Assembly (NCBI RefSeq): GCF_044704955.1
Contig: NC_091990.1
Span: 14,446,001 to 14,510,000, forward strand
Length of the DNA stretch: 64,000 nt
Origin: Pristiophorus japonicus
Taxonomy: Eukaryota
Reading direction: 5' to 3'
Positions within the stretch are counted from its first letter, which is position 1. Each line of letters begins with the position of its first letter. Below, piece after piece: positions 11,291-24,029 of the stretch. The position numbers were made by a program, and so were the translations under genes. Under the pieces are notes generated by a model. It was given only the letters and a program-made list of their open reading frames with translations, had not been told where the DNA came from and ran no database searches.

Positions 11291-13049
11291 ATGGCTACTG
11301 TTGGTACTTTGACAGAAGTCATTATTGACAAATTTGCTGAAATTCTTTGAGGATGTAACGAACAGGGTGGATAAAGAGGAACCAGTGGATGTGGTGTATT
11401 TGGACTTCCAGAAGGCATTTGACAAGGTGCCACATCAAAGGTTACTGCGCAAGATAAAATCGGGATAAATGGTTCCTTCTCGAGTTGGCAATCAGTAACT
11501 AATGGGGTGCCGCAGGGATCAGTGCTGGGACCCCAACTATTTACAATCTATATTAATGACTTAGAGAAAGGGACCAAGTGTAATGTAGCCAAGTTTGCTG
11601 ACGATACAAAGATGGGAGGAAAAGCAATGTGTGAGGAGGGCACAAAAAATCTGCAAAAGTACAGACAGGCTAAGTGAGTGGGCAAAAATTTGGTAGATGG
11701 AGTATACTGTTGGAAAGTGTGAGGTTATGCACTTTGGCAGAAAAAAAAAATCAAAAAGCAAGTTATTATTTAAATGGCGAAAAATTTAAAAGTGCTGCAG
11801 TACACTGGGACCTGGGAGTACTTGTGCATGAAACACAAAAGGTTAGTATGCAGGTACGCAAGTGATCAGGAAGGCCAATGGAATCTTGGCCTTTATTGTA
11901 AAGTATAAAAGCAGGGAAGTCTTGCTACAGCTATACAAGGTATTGGTGAGGCCACACCTGGAATACTGCATGCATATTTAAGAAAGGATATACTTGCTTT
12001 AGAGGCAGTTCAGAGAAGGTTCCGGAAATAAGGGGGTTGACTTGTGAGGAAAGGTTGAATAGGTTGGGCCTCGACTCATTGGAATTCAGAAGAATGAGAG
12101 ATGATCTTATTGAAATGTATAAGATTATGAGGGGGCTTGACAAGGTGGATCCAGAGAGGATGTTTCCACTGATAGGGGAGACCAGAACTCGGGGGGATAA
12201 TCTTAGAATAAGGGGCCGCCCATTTAAAAATGAGATGAGGAGAAATTTCTTCTGAGGGTTGTAAATCTGTGGAATTTGCTGCCTCAGAGTGCTGTGGAAG
12301 CTGGGACAGTGAATGGATTTAAGATAGAGATAGACAGTTTCTTAACTGATAAGGGAATAAGAGGTTATGGGGAGCGGGCAGGGAAATGGACCCGAGTCCA
12401 TGATCAGATCAGCCCAGCCATTATTGTATTAAATGGCGGAGCAGGCTCGAGGGGCCGTATAGCCTACTCCTGCTCCTATTTCTTATGTTCTTATGTGATG
12501 ACACCACCAGGAATATGCCCAGAGTTGACAACTCTATCCCTAAGCTACTGAAGGCATTAGCAATCAGCTGCCAGCTATAATGTTGGGTATGGGTGAGCTG
12601 AGCCAGCAATACAATTTTTGATTTGCTGTCCCATACAGATGTGCCTCCGTAATATAAACCTGCCACAGTGCAGAGGGCAGGACATAACTTTAATTTAACA
12701 AAAGCTAAAGGGAATCTAAAGAATCAAATCCCCAACCGTACTGCGTTCCAACAATGGGACGCCAGGGTCCATCATCGAGCTTCTTAAAAACAATGCACAC
12801 TGACGGAAATTACTTTCAACAAATAAATCCTTATGTTTCCTGGTGCTCAGGGCTGTGTAAAGTAAACAAAGTCCTTCAGAAAACAGAAAGCGGAGAATGA
12901 AACCCCTTAAACGATCAGACTGCACAGAAGTCTTTAGAGGTATGGAGTTGAAACTCAGTTATGTGCAACCTACACGCATAGGTAAACAATTCAGAAATTA
13001 TGTGGCGATATTTCATTCATAATGTGGTAAGGAATGAGGAATTTAACAC

Positions 13050-13435
13050 TTGAATCTTGAGAAGTCTTCAAGGTTATGAAAGGGTTTGATAGGCTAGATT
13101 CGCGTTGATAGGCGTTGAAGATATTTCCACTTGCGGGGGAGACCAGAATTACTAGGCATAAATATATAAGACCAGTCACTGATAAATCCAATTGGTAATT
13201 CATGAGAAACTTCTTTACCCAGAGAGTAGTGAGAACGTGGAACTTGCTACCACAAGGAGTAATTGAGGCTAATAGTTTCCCCTTAACTGCATCTATGCTA
13301 TGAGGAAGCAAGGAATAGAAGGATATCCTGATAGGGTGAGATGAAATAAGGTGGGAGGTGGTTCGTGTGGCGCATAAACACTGGCATAGACCTGCTGGGC
13401 CAAATGGTCAGTTTCTGTGGTGTACATTCTATATA
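13050..13435 (+). mobile_element. Old CR1 3' fragment
   Basis: AGTCTTCAAGGTTATGAAAGGGTTTGATAGG...AACTTCTTTACCCAGAGAGTAGTGAGAACGTGGAAC, then a hairpin/TTCTAT tail. Confidence 0.75.
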
Positions 13436-13475
13436 ACAAGGTGTCCCTGGATTCCAGCTTGTTTGCACTCTAGAA

Positions 13476-14235
13476 GGGCTCAATTTTTTCCAGTGATTTG
13501 CGCCGTTTTTTTGGAGCAGACTGCCTAAGTTTGGCCTAAGTTGAAAAACCAGAGTTTCCCCAATCAATTTGCACTCGTGCAACTCAGTTAGTTACGATTT
13601 TTTTAGGTCAGTTTCTTTTTCTGCCAAACAGAGTGTAACCAGCCACTCGCGCCAATTCTGATTATTTATGGAGGTTTGGCCAGCTGATAGTTACTCCAGT
13701 TTTGCTTATGTGGTCTCTCCAGAAAATCCTTGGAGAGTTAAATAAACTGGCGCAAGTAAGGAAATCGGCACAGCAGGTGTCCGGACACACTAAAAGAATT
13801 GAAAAAGATACAGCAGCAACTTACCTCCAACCCCGCCCGAAGGCTGTCCGGTCCCATTCTCAGTCCCCATTCTCCCAGTCAGATCCCATTCTCGATCCGG
13901 GAGACTGGGGACCGAGAATGGGACTGGACCGTCAAGCCCCTCGGGCGGGGTTAGAGGCAAGTTGCTGTTATGCGTATTTCAATTCGTTTAATGTATTGAG
14001 AGCTGGCTGTATGCTTCATTTGCAGCCTCAGTTCACACTGTGTCCCTGGTTGCCATGGCAGCCCGATCTTTTTGGCGCAGATCAAGGTACCACCCCCAAA
14101 ACTCAAGGACAGGTTAGGCCATGCCAAAATGAAGAAATCCAACAGGGAAACTTAGAACATTTTTTTTTGGGGCGTACTTGAAGAGTTACTCCCGATTTTT
14201 TGGGGCCCCAAGTACGCCAAAAAAAATGTTTCAAG
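13476..14235. mobile_element. Degenerate non-autonomous DNA transposon, probably Harbinger-like
   Basis: Starts GGGCTCAATTTT; interior (TTTTTGGAGCA, CCAGCCACT..CGCC..TT.TG..ATTTA, AAAACCTT) resembles 61206-61500; right TIR unclear. Confidence 0.55.
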
Positions 14236-15042
14236 TTTCCCCACATAGCCTTTTTAAGCTTCCGTGTGCACAGGTCTTGTTTTATTTTGAAACCAGATCT
14301 TCCTGGCAGCCAACCCTAGTGAGGGGGTTACTGCCAACATGTGTATTAAGCACCAGTGCTGCAGATTCCCCACTAAACCCAATATAAAATCAACTTCAAT
14401 TCCAAGGAGAAGCTGAAGACTACAGAGAGCCCTTAACCTAACAATACCTCAAAGAATCCGTACAACCATTTGACTCAGCGTCTCATCCTGGGCCTTCATT
14501 TCCACAGCTAAAAAAAACCATTGGTCTAGAAATTGCTCTTCGGGTTGGTATTGTGACCCATTAATCCCAGCCTGCTCAAAGTCACAAAGCACCATACCAA
14601 AGGTATTTGGCAAACGCGGCAGCACTGTCTGTGATTACTCACCACACCTTCATTTTTGCCCATGCTGTTGTTTTAAGCAACATAGAATTCCAACTTTCTA
14701 GGCAACACACAGTGACCCTATATAATGGACCATTGACACAGTGCTATGGAAAAGGGGCACCTCTTTTGTGTTCCCACTCCAGTGAGTAGCAATTGGCACC
14801 ATATTTTATTGTTGGGTACCAGTATGAGATGGTAGTAGTAATGAGGGTGGCATGGGATTAAAGCAAGCAGAAAACAGAAGAGGTATCAAGGAGGAGGAGA
14901 TAGCAAGGATACAGACGATGGGCATCAGCAGGACAACTGGTTCAGTTCTAGGGTCAGTCCGACTCCAAAAGAGGCTCGTTAATCCCAGTGCTAATTCAGC
15001 ACAGGAGTCCAGTAGGTTCACAGCAGCAAATTTACATTGCAA

Positions 15043-15290
15043 ACAACAACTTGCATTTATATATTGCCTTTAATGTGGTAAAACTTCCAAAGGCACTTCA
15101 CAGGAGTGTAATCAGCCAAAGAAGATGACATTAGGACAGGTGACCAAATGCTTGGTTAAAGAGTAGGTTTTAAGCAGCGTCTGAAAAGGAGAGAGAGATA
15201 GAGAGGCGGAGAGGTTTCGGGAGGGAATTCCAGAGCTTAGGGCAAGGTGGCTGAAAGTATGGCTACCAATGATGGGACGAAGGAAGTTCA
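15043..15290 (-). mobile_element. L2 3' tail fragment
   Basis: (CAA)n CTTGCATTTATAT...TGACCAAATGCTTGG...GAATTCCAGAGCTTAGGG. Confidence 0.8.
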
Positions 15291-15479
15291 GAGACCAATC
15301 TGACCATCTGCCTTTATGAATTACTTACCAAATTCAATAGATCTCTAGATGCAATCTGAAAATCAGATGGCACCATTGAACACATGGATTGCTGCTATCA
15401 TGGAGGTTCCAATTTCTGTCATATTGACAGTGACTTCCTTTGCGGATTGTGGAAATTGAAGGAAAGTTTGATTGTCTCA

Positions 15480-16258
15480 TTTGGTCACTGACTCCATCCC
15501 TCTCCCCAACTCCTGTCTGAGGCTGAAACAGATTGTTCGCAACCTTGGTGTCATATTTGACCCTGAAATGAGATTTCAACCACATATCCACAGCATAACT
15601 AAGACTGTGTATTTCCACCTCCGTATCACCAGTCTCCGCCCTTGCCTCACCTCATCTGCTGCTGAAGCATTCATCCATGCCTTTGTTACCTCAAGACTTG
15701 ACTATTCCAACACATTCCTGGTTGGCCTCCAACATTCTACCCGACGTAAACTAGAGGTGATCCAAAACTCTGCTGCCCGTGTCCTAACTCACACCAAGTC
15801 CCGCTCACCCATCACCCCTGTGCTCGCTGATCTACATTGGCTTCTGGTTAAGCAATGCCTCGATTTCAAAATTCTCATCCTGATTTTCAAATCCCTCCAT
15901 GGCCTCGCCCTCCCTATCTCTAATCTCCTCCATCCCCACAAATCCCCGAGATGTCTGCGCTCCTCTAATTCTGCCATCATCCCGGATTGTAATCGCTCAA
16001 CCATTGGTGGCCGTGCCTTCTGTTGCCTCGGCTCTAAGCTGTGGAACTCCATGCCTAAACTTCTCCACCTCTCTCCCTCTCTTTCCTCCTTCAAAACGTT
16101 CCTTAAAACATACCTCTTTGACCAAGCTTTTGGTCACCTGCGCTAATTTCTACTTATGCGGCTCGGTGTCAAATTTTTAATCACATAATGCTTCTGCGAA
16201 GTGCCTTGGGACGTTCCACTACATTGAAGGCACTATATAAATACAAGTTGTTGTTGTC
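15480..16258 (+). mobile_element. L2 LINE 3' fragment with an open RT C-terminal region (ORF 15472-16146)
   Basis: VRNLGVIFD..HIHSITKTVYFHLR..AFVTSRLDYSN..IQNSAARVLT..PVLADLHWL..FKTFLKTYLF; tail CTATATAAATACAAG(TTG)n. Confidence 0.93.
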
Positions 16259-16275
16259 TTGCGCGCATGATACAG

Positions 16276-16333
16276 CAACATCCTCTGAATGGGAATAAGG
16301 ACAGTACAAATAACAAAGGAAACTGCTCAATAG
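16276..16333 (+). CDS. Candidate short exon (QHPLNGNKDSTNNKGNCSI; alternative donor after 16351)
   Basis: Acceptor gatacag; two AG|gtaagg donors 18 nt apart; phase-compatible with 8880-8970 and 19324-19477. Confidence 0.2.
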
Positions 16334-16974
16334 GTAAGGAAAAGGTCTCAGGTAAGGAATTATCTTGAAAAAATGTCTGCCAGATAATAAATGAAACTGA
16401 ATTTTTCTTCCCTGCTATGGTGAACTTGCTCAGACTGAGAATCGATTGAATGACTTCACAATCACTTGTTTAAAAAAAACAATTCAGAAAACTAGGGCAA
16501 AGTGGCTTGTGTGAGAACTGTGATTTTCTGCTTCCCTCTTATCAAAAGGAAATTGAAAGAACGCTGAGAACAACATTCATGGGATTGGATGTGGCTGGAT
16601 TATGTTTCAATAAATATTGCAATTTTTTTTGGGGAGTGGGAAATAACTTGAGACTCTGTACTCAATCTTTAGTACATCCCCATAATGTATATGCCAAGTT
16701 AGCTGATCTCAGTCAGGGTGGCAGAAGGGACATTACAAATAGCCTCAGCACCCTGGAGCTAGAAAGGGGTGGGGGGAGGGGGAGGAAGGTTCCCACTTCT
16801 GCCAGGGCTCCTATTCCTGATTACGTCTTAGTGACCGTACCCACTACCCCCAGGGAAATGTGTGCATTGAAAGTCAGATAAAGACAAGTTTAAACTTGGT
16901 TGTGATGCATATGATTGTAGAATAGCCTGATGACTGTCATAGAGCTCATATGTTTTTTTTTAAAGTTCCTTTGG

Positions 16975-17085
16975 AGGTGGGGAAGAGAAGGAGGGAGATG
17001 GGAAAGAGAAGGAGGGGAATGGGAGAGGCAGAATGGAGAGGGAAATAGGAGAGGATGGAATGAGAGAATGATGGAAGGGAAGGCA
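16975..17085 (+). repeat. Purine-rich low-complexity tract
   Basis: Degenerate GGA/GAGA/GGAAT repeats. Confidence 0.8.
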
Positions 17086-17849
17086 AAACAGACATTTATA
17101 GATCTCTTATTTAAGATACAGGCTGATATGCCAGTGTTAACAGAATGAGAGTACAGAATGAGACGGAGGTGCTTCCAGAATCTCTGCTCATCTAATTTAA
17201 TTGGTAAGTATTGGACACAAGGAGTTGTGCTGTTAATCAAATGTTCAAATATCCAATGTCCCCTCAGCAAGTGACCTTGACTGCACTCTCCATTACTTAA
17301 TTTATAAACATGGAAAATGACACCGGCACCTGATTAACTGTACACATTTCTTCTGTAATGGATTACAGCCCCAATTAAAATTTAATTGGAACTGAAGCAC
17401 GTTGATGCTATATGATTTGGCCCTTATCCAAATGCAAACGTCTACCTTTCTGCCAAGTGTAGACAAAGTTAGACTTGAAGCACAGTCAATGCCAGTGAAT
17501 TAATCTGAATTGAACCCGAGCTCTTTTAGTGGAATTTCAACTGAATCCTAATGAAAGGCGAGCCCCAACAGTTGGATTAAATCTGTATCTGTTTAGCAGA
17601 GCTCCCTGATGGCGCAATGTAAATGGACTGTCATGTTACTGTTCTCTTGATACACAACGGGGAACATTACAGGGTTTGGTTAGTAGTTTATGCTGAGCTA
17701 AGTGATGTCACCTTTTATTTATTATTAAAAACGACAGCTTATTTATTTTTCAGGAACCAGTCGCAAAATACATGGCCCCAATATTTATGGGAAGATTGGG
17801 AGGATAGTGGGGAGGCCATAATAAAATTATTCTACCACCCCACCAAGGG

Positions 17850-19045
17850 TTCCCTCGCCACTAACTCTATCCCTCTCCCTGACAATAGTCTGAGGCTTAA
17901 CCAGACAGTTTGCAACCTTGGTGTCATATTTGACACCGATATGAGCTTCAAACCACATATACGCATCATCACTAAGATCGCCTATTTCCACCTCCATAAC
18001 ATCACCCGACTGCTCAACCTAGGCTCATCTGCTGCTGAAACCCTCATCTATGCCTTTGTTACCTCTAGATTTGACTATTCTAATGCATTCCTGGCCAGCC
18101 TCCCATTTCCTACCCTCCGTAAACTTGAGGTTATCCAAAGTTCTGCTGCCCATGTCCTAACTCGCACCAAGTCCCATTCACCCCAAACCCCTCTGTTCAT
18201 TTACCTACATTGGCTCCCGTTTAAGCAACACCTCGATTTAAAAACTCTCAATCTTTGTTTTCAAATCCCTCCTTGGCCTTGCTCCTCCCCATCTCTGAAA
18301 AGGCCAGGTCGCCGGTTAGAGCATGGGCTGGAACATCGGCGGGGCCCAGGCACAGCAGAACAGTGGGAAGGTCATAGCGGAGGTGCAGAAAATGAGGGTA
18401 CGGGGCCCAGAAGATTCGAGGGCCCAGGGCAGCACGGGCTAGCCCACAGTGCAATATGTATGCGCACTAGGTCCGTGCAGCAGAACAGGTCTCCAGTCGT
18501 CCTAGTTTACTCTTGCCACTGGATAAAGGGCTAGCTCTGTCAAGCCCTTGTGGTGGCTGATGTGCAACGGTCACCACACGTTAAAAACATCCACGCACAG
18601 ACATCTTCCACCCCTGGAGTTCAGGACTGGAATATTGGGTCCTTCAGTGAAACATCTATGAATTCACTCCTTTTGGTGTGGAAGCAAGTCATTCTCATTC
18701 GAGGGACCGCCTATGACATGACATGAATCTCTTTCAGCTCTACAACCCTCAGATATCTGCGCTCCCCAATTCTGGCCACTCGAGTATCCCCAATTTTAAT
18801 CACTCCACCATTGGTGGCCATGCCTTCAGCTGCCAAGGCCCCAAGCTCGAGGATTTCCTCCCTAAACCTCTCTGGCTCTTTTTCCTCCTTGAAGGCACTC
18901 CTTAAAATCTTTGACCAAGCTTTTGGTCATCTGCCCTAATATCTCATGTGGCTCGGTGTCAAATTTTGTTTAATGATGTTCCTGTGAAGCGCCTTGAGAT
19001 ATTTTACTGCATTAAAATCGCTATATAAATACAAGTTGTTGTTGC
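17850..19045 (+). mobile_element. L2 LINE 3' fragment interrupted by a bipartite RTE element
   Basis: NSIPLPDNSLRLNQTVCNLGVIFD..AFVTSRFDYSN..LHWLP; resumes at about 18725 and ends in the L2 tail (TTG)n. Confidence 0.9.
18300..18724 (+). mobile_element. Non-autonomous bipartite RTE-derived retroposon (longest copy)
   Basis: GC-rich 5' part, TTCAGGACTGGAATATTGGGTCC (degenerate TWNIRS), then the RTE 3' tail GGAAGCAAGTCATTCTCATTCGAGGGACCGCCTATGA. Confidence 0.8.
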
Positions 19046-19323
19046 TGCAGAATTAGCAGCCTAGTCCATTGTCACACTTAAAATACCACGGTACTACATT
19101 GTTAGTGAAATCCAACAAGTCTGTGACCTCTGTATTACCAAACGTTTGTTCTTGAAGATTGCTGCTAAATGGATTTGGTAATTGTGTGTCACCACCGTTA
19201 AAGCAGTGATATGTAGATTAATCAGGAACATTTGCATGTTGATCTAACGATCTACTAACATTACATTCACAATTAAGCAGCAAGTCACCTTTTGGGGGTT
19301 TTCTTCCTTTGCTTTTCTTCCAG

Positions 19324-19477
19324 AGAAAACAACAGAGACAAAGGGGGTAGAAGTCAGACTCGTATCTGAAACGGGCGGCACAGCGATCTCAAGGTCTGCG
19401 CAAAATTGGGCACCAGGCTTCATCTGGTCCAGAAGCAGATCATGGAGACCAATTTGGGCCGAAAGCGGCCTCCCAAG
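19324..19477 (+). CDS. Candidate exon of an unidentified gene (154 nt)
   Basis: Long polypyrimidine acceptor ttttcttcctttgcttttcttccag, donor AAG|gtaggt, CpG-rich unique sequence; one frame fully open (KTTETKGVEVRLVSETGG...AESGLP). Confidence 0.35.
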
Positions 19478-19729
19478 GTAGGTCCTGCTAGGGGATTTGG
19501 GGGGGTGCCTTGCTTGGGTGGGCGGTGCCAAAAGGGGGCGAGCCTGTGCTGACAGTGGCCTTTGGGTAGGTCCTGCCTGAAGCGGGGGGAGGGGGGTTGC
19601 TGTCAGCAGGTGAGCTCCGGTCAACAGCAGCTCACAATTGTTTTCTAATGCCAGAAGCACCATTCTTGCTCCTTTTGACTCTCGAAAATGCGAACATTTC
19701 TAACATTTGGGACCTTTTTTGTAACATAG

Positions 19730-19865
19730 GACCCCGATTCAGGCGGGCGCCCTGAGCAACTACAAGTCACCTGATTCAGTGCAACATGAAGCGCACTTCC
19801 AAGGTCAATCAAGTGTAGAAGACCGCAACGGAATTCGGACCTCGTTTCACCCAGTTCACGCATAA
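19730..19865 (+). CDS. Candidate terminal coding exon (TPIQAGALSNYKSPDSVQHEAHFQGQSSVEDRNGIRTSFHPVHA*)
   Basis: Branch-like ctaac and acceptor cttttttgtaacatag; phase 2 matches the upstream exon; TAA at 19863-19865. Confidence 0.3.
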
Positions 19866-20373
19866 ATACTGTGTATATTGCTGCACAATTTCTCCAAAGA
19901 ACGGAAGAGAAATATTGGTCATGATGAGTATCAAGTTGGAGAGAGAAAGCAGAAGGACACTTAAAAGGAAGAGAGTGAGCATTGTTTTACAATTTAAAAT
20001 TTTTGCCCATGAGCAGATCTGATTTGATTTCTGAAGAACATTTCCTTTCTCCAAATGGAACAGTTTTTCATTGAGATTTCTCAGATCATTGGAAATACAG
20101 TCATTCTGCTTTGACGGGGTTGAGTGATCAGTCAATCCAAGATCTGCAAATTCACGGAGCGTGGCAACACACAGATATAGAGACAGACAATGGGTGACCG
20201 ACTTGTCAGTTTTGGGTCAGCTTCAGAAATCTAGCCATCCAGGCAGCGACTCATGTGTACTCTGAAGGATTTAAACAGCATTTAGTAAACAGTGCAATTT
20301 ATTCCACTGCGATTGGCTGGGTTTTAAATCTAAAAGGAGAAACTATTATCATGAGATAATTGTACATGTTGAA

Positions 20374-20798
20374 TAGGGTTGCCAGCCCTCCAGGATTGTC
20401 CTGGAGTCTCCAGGGATTGAAGACAAATCTCCAGGATACTGCTGTGAGCAACCTTGGAGAAAACATTTTCTTCAAACACTTTTGTTTACTAGTTATAAAA
20501 GTATTGAATATGGGGGAAAAAGGGCTGTATGATTGAATGATTCTTGACTGTCAATCGGGTAATGAAGAGTCTATTCATTTTCCAATTGGTGTGGGAAGGC
20601 GGTGCATCGTGTGCATGGAGATCAGCCATGATCTTATTGAATGGCGGAGCAGGCTCGAGGGGCCGCATGGCCTACTCCAGTTCTTTGTTCTTAGATGCTG
20701 GGAGACCAATGGCACGAATGTGGGGACGAGGTGGCTGAAGGCAGGAAGTTGTGTAATGACACCTCCAGGAATATGTTCAACCAGAGTTGGCAACTCCA
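20374..20798 (+). mobile_element. hAT Blackjack-like MITE with a short CR1 tail inserted (about 20618-20692)
   Basis: TIRs TAGGGTTGCCA / TGGCAACTCCA; inner GATCAGCCATGATCTTATTGAATGGCGGAGCAGGCTCGAGGGGCCG is the CR1 3' UTR. Confidence 0.85.
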
Positions 20799-21983
20799 AC
20801 ACTGAAGCAACCAAATGAGATCAAGACCCTTAAAATGTTGTGTTGTGACAAATACAGCCCACTGTGAAACTGACCAAATATCATTCCACCAAATCATCAG
20901 CAGACTACAGTTGCTGCAATACATCCCAGCCGTAACAAGGAGGAAGGTTTTAAGGGGCCTATTTCAAAATGGCTTCCTAAGCCACCATTGTACATGTAAC
21001 CGAGAGATTCTGAACTGAAGGTGGTAATTCCACTGAGGAGTGTGGCTATTGGACATAAAAGCACTCAAGTTTCACTCTGGCAGATGTTGCCACCATCTGA
21101 TCCCTTCAACTGGATTAGTATTTCATAGTTTGCCAAGAGTTAACGGTTATTCCCCCATGTAAGGCAAGTGCTCTTCTTGAAAGTGAGCATTTAGGAACCT
21201 GTATTAATACATCGATACCCACTGTTTTGTACTGTGAGAGAGCAGCCAGGAAAAAGGGAAAAGCTTAAATTATCACAACTCTACGGCAAGCCTAATGCAT
21301 TGTGGTGCTGAGAAAACAAGCTGTTTGAGAGTCTACTTACTGTAGGATGTGAACTTATGGAGAGTGCAAAAGATTGCGCTCAAAGTATAAATTTGAATAT
21401 ATTTAATGTTTATTTTCTGTCTCAAGAAATTTTGTGCTGCAATTTTAAGTTTGAGTTTTAAAAAAAATGAAATTTGCTTTTTGGGATTACATCCATCGGA
21501 ATAATGATTCAATAACAACAACTTGCATTTATACAGGGCCTTTACCATAAACATCCCAAAGCGCTTCATAGAAAGATAGCAGGAGTACACAGGAATGTGA
21601 TGACAAAAATTGATACTGAGCCAAAGAAGGAAACATTAGGACAAGTAACTGAAAGCTCTCAAGAGTAGGTTTGTAAAGATGGTTTTAAAGGAGAATGGCG
21701 AGGTGGAGAGGCTAAAAGGTTTAGGGAGGAAGACATGGCCACCAATATTCATTGATAATAGGGCATAAATCTGAAGGCTCCGTGGGTTAAAGAACTACAT
21801 CTAAGATTCAACTCAGAGAGCAGGAAATCTCAGGTTCAATCTCTGATCTGAGGTGAATTAGCTGACCTCAGCCTCGAAAGTGCTGGAGTGCTGACAATCA
21901 GCTCAGTCTCCCATTCCTAATCATTCTGCAATGAATCCTGCTTGAAAGTATGTGCGAGTACAAGCACCCACCTAACAAATAAT

Positions 21984-23862
21984 ATAAGAATTAGGAACAG
22001 AAGTAGGCCATCTAGCCCCTCGAGCCTGCTCCGCCATTCAATAAGATCATGGCTGATCTGGCCGTGGACTCAACTCCACTTCCTGCCCTCTCCCAGTAAC
22101 CCTTAATTCCCTTATTGGTTAAAAATCTATCTATCTGTGACTTGAATACATTCAATGAGCTCGCCTCAACTGCTTCCTTGGGCAGAGAATTCCACAGATT
22201 CACAACCCTCTGGGAGAAGAAATTCCTTCTCAACTCGGTTTTAAATTGGCTCCCCCGTATTTTGAGGCTGTGCCCCCTAGTTCTAGTCTCCCCGACCAGT
22301 GGAAACAACCTCTCTGCCTCTATCTTGTCTATCCCTTTCATTATTTTAAATGTTTCTATAAGATCACCCCTCATCCTTCTGAACTCCAACGAGTAAAGAC
22401 CCAGTCTGCTCAATCTATCATCATAAGGTAACCCCCTCATCTCCGGAATCAGCCTAGTGAATCGTCTCTGTACCCCTTCCAAAGCCAATATATCCTTCCT
22501 TAAGTAAGGTGACCAAAACTGCACGCAGTACTCCAGGTGCGGCCATACCAATACCCTACACAGTTGCAGCAGGATCTCCCTGCTTTTGGACTCCATCCCT
22601 CTCGCAATGAAGGCCAACATTCCATTCGCCTTCCTGATTACCTGCTGCACCTGCAAACTAACTTTTTGGGATTCATGCACAAGGATCCCCAGGTCCCTCT
22701 GCATCTCAGCATGTTGTAATTTCTCCCCATTCAAATAATATTCCCTTTTACTGTTTTTTTTTCCCCCAAGGTGGATGACCTCACACTTTCTGACATTGTA
22801 TTCCATCTGCCAAACCTTCACCCATTCGCTTAACCTATCCAAATCTCTTTGCAGCCTCTGTGTGTCCTCTACACAACCCGCATTCCCACTAATCTTTGTG
22901 TCATCTGCAAATTTTGTTACACTACACTCTGTCCCCTCTTCCAGGTCATCTATGTATATTGTAAACAGTTGTGGTCCCAGCACCGATCCCTGTGGCACAC
23001 CACTAACCATCGCTTTCCAACCCAAAAAGGACCCATTTATCCCGACTCTCTGCTTTCTGTTCGTCAGCCAATTCTCTATCCATGCGAATACATTTCCCCT
23101 GACTCCGCGTACCTCTACCTTCTACAGTAACCTTTTGTGTGGCACCTTATCGAATGCCTTTTGGAAATCTAAATACACCACATCCATCGGTACACCTCTA
23201 TCCACCATGCTCGTTATATCCTCAAAGAATTCTAGTAAATTAGTTAAACATGATTTCCTCTTCATGAACCCATGCTGCGACTGCTTGATTGCACTATTCC
23301 TATCTAGATGTCCCGCTATTTCTTCCTTAATGATAGCTTCAAGCATTTTCCCCACTACAGATGTTAAACTAACCTGCTTTTTGTCTGCCCCCTTTTTTAA
23401 ACAGAGGCGTTACATTAGCTGTGTTCCAATCCGCTGGTACCTCCCCAGAGTCCAGAGAATTTTGGTAGATTATAACAAATGCATCTGCTATAACTTCCGC
23501 CATCTCTTTTAATACCCTGGGATGCATTTCATCAGGACCAGGGGACTTGTCTACCTTGAGTCCCCATTAGCCTGTCCAGCACTACCCCCCTAGTAATAGT
23601 GATTGTCTCAAGGTCCTCCCTTCCCACATTCCTGTGACCAGCAATTTTTGGCATGGTTTTTGTGTCTTCCACTGTGAAGACTGAAGCAAAATAATTGTTT
23701 AAGGTCTCAGCCATTTCCACATTTCCCATTATTAAATCTCCCTTCTCATCTTCTAAGGGACCAACATTTACTTTAGTCACTCTTTTCCATTTTATATATC
23801 TGTAAAAGCTTTTACTATCTGTTTTTATGTTTTGCGCAAGTTTACCTTCGAAATCTATCTTT
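21984..23862 (-). mobile_element. 5'-truncated CR1 LINE with a 337-aa RT C-terminal ORF (22012-23025)
   Basis: SGVPQGSVLGPQLFTIYIDDL, TKFADDTK, HLEYCVQFWSP, TRGH; CR1 3' UTR at about 21990-22080. Confidence 0.96.
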
Positions 23863-24029
23863 CAAAAGAATCAGACTCATTTGTGACCAGATTCTTCCAT
23901 CATCCAGTCATGTAGCCTGTTGACACTCACCTTCTGGTTTCATGCTTAAAGAATCTAAGGCGGCTGCCAGCACCTGTGGAACTGTACACCATCACCAATC
24001 AATTCCTTCAGGAGAAGAGGAATTGGACA

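Larger units (their letters stand above)
10335..12495 (+). mobile_element. 5'-truncated CR1 LINE, internally deleted and interrupted by RTE-derived and Gypsy pieces; inserted in a Blackjack-like MITE (about 10180-10335 plus 12496-12538)
   Basis: NVGPLEDE..LNKYFVSVF at 10336-10440; RT motifs (YLDFQKAFDKV, GVPQGSVLGP, KFADDTK) at 11310-11620; 3' tail TTTCTTATGTTCTTATG at about 12480. Confidence 0.9.

Noticed and set aside
17623-18534. 303-aa ORF as a novel gene
   Set aside because: Chance read-through of SINE remnant, unique DNA, L2 and RTE-derived pieces
7075-19961. Phase-0 minus-strand exon chain (19961-19771, 12920-12735, from about 7285) as a known gene such as FANCA
   Set aside because: The concatenated peptide matches nothing I recognise, splice sites are weak, and it overlaps the competing plus-strand model
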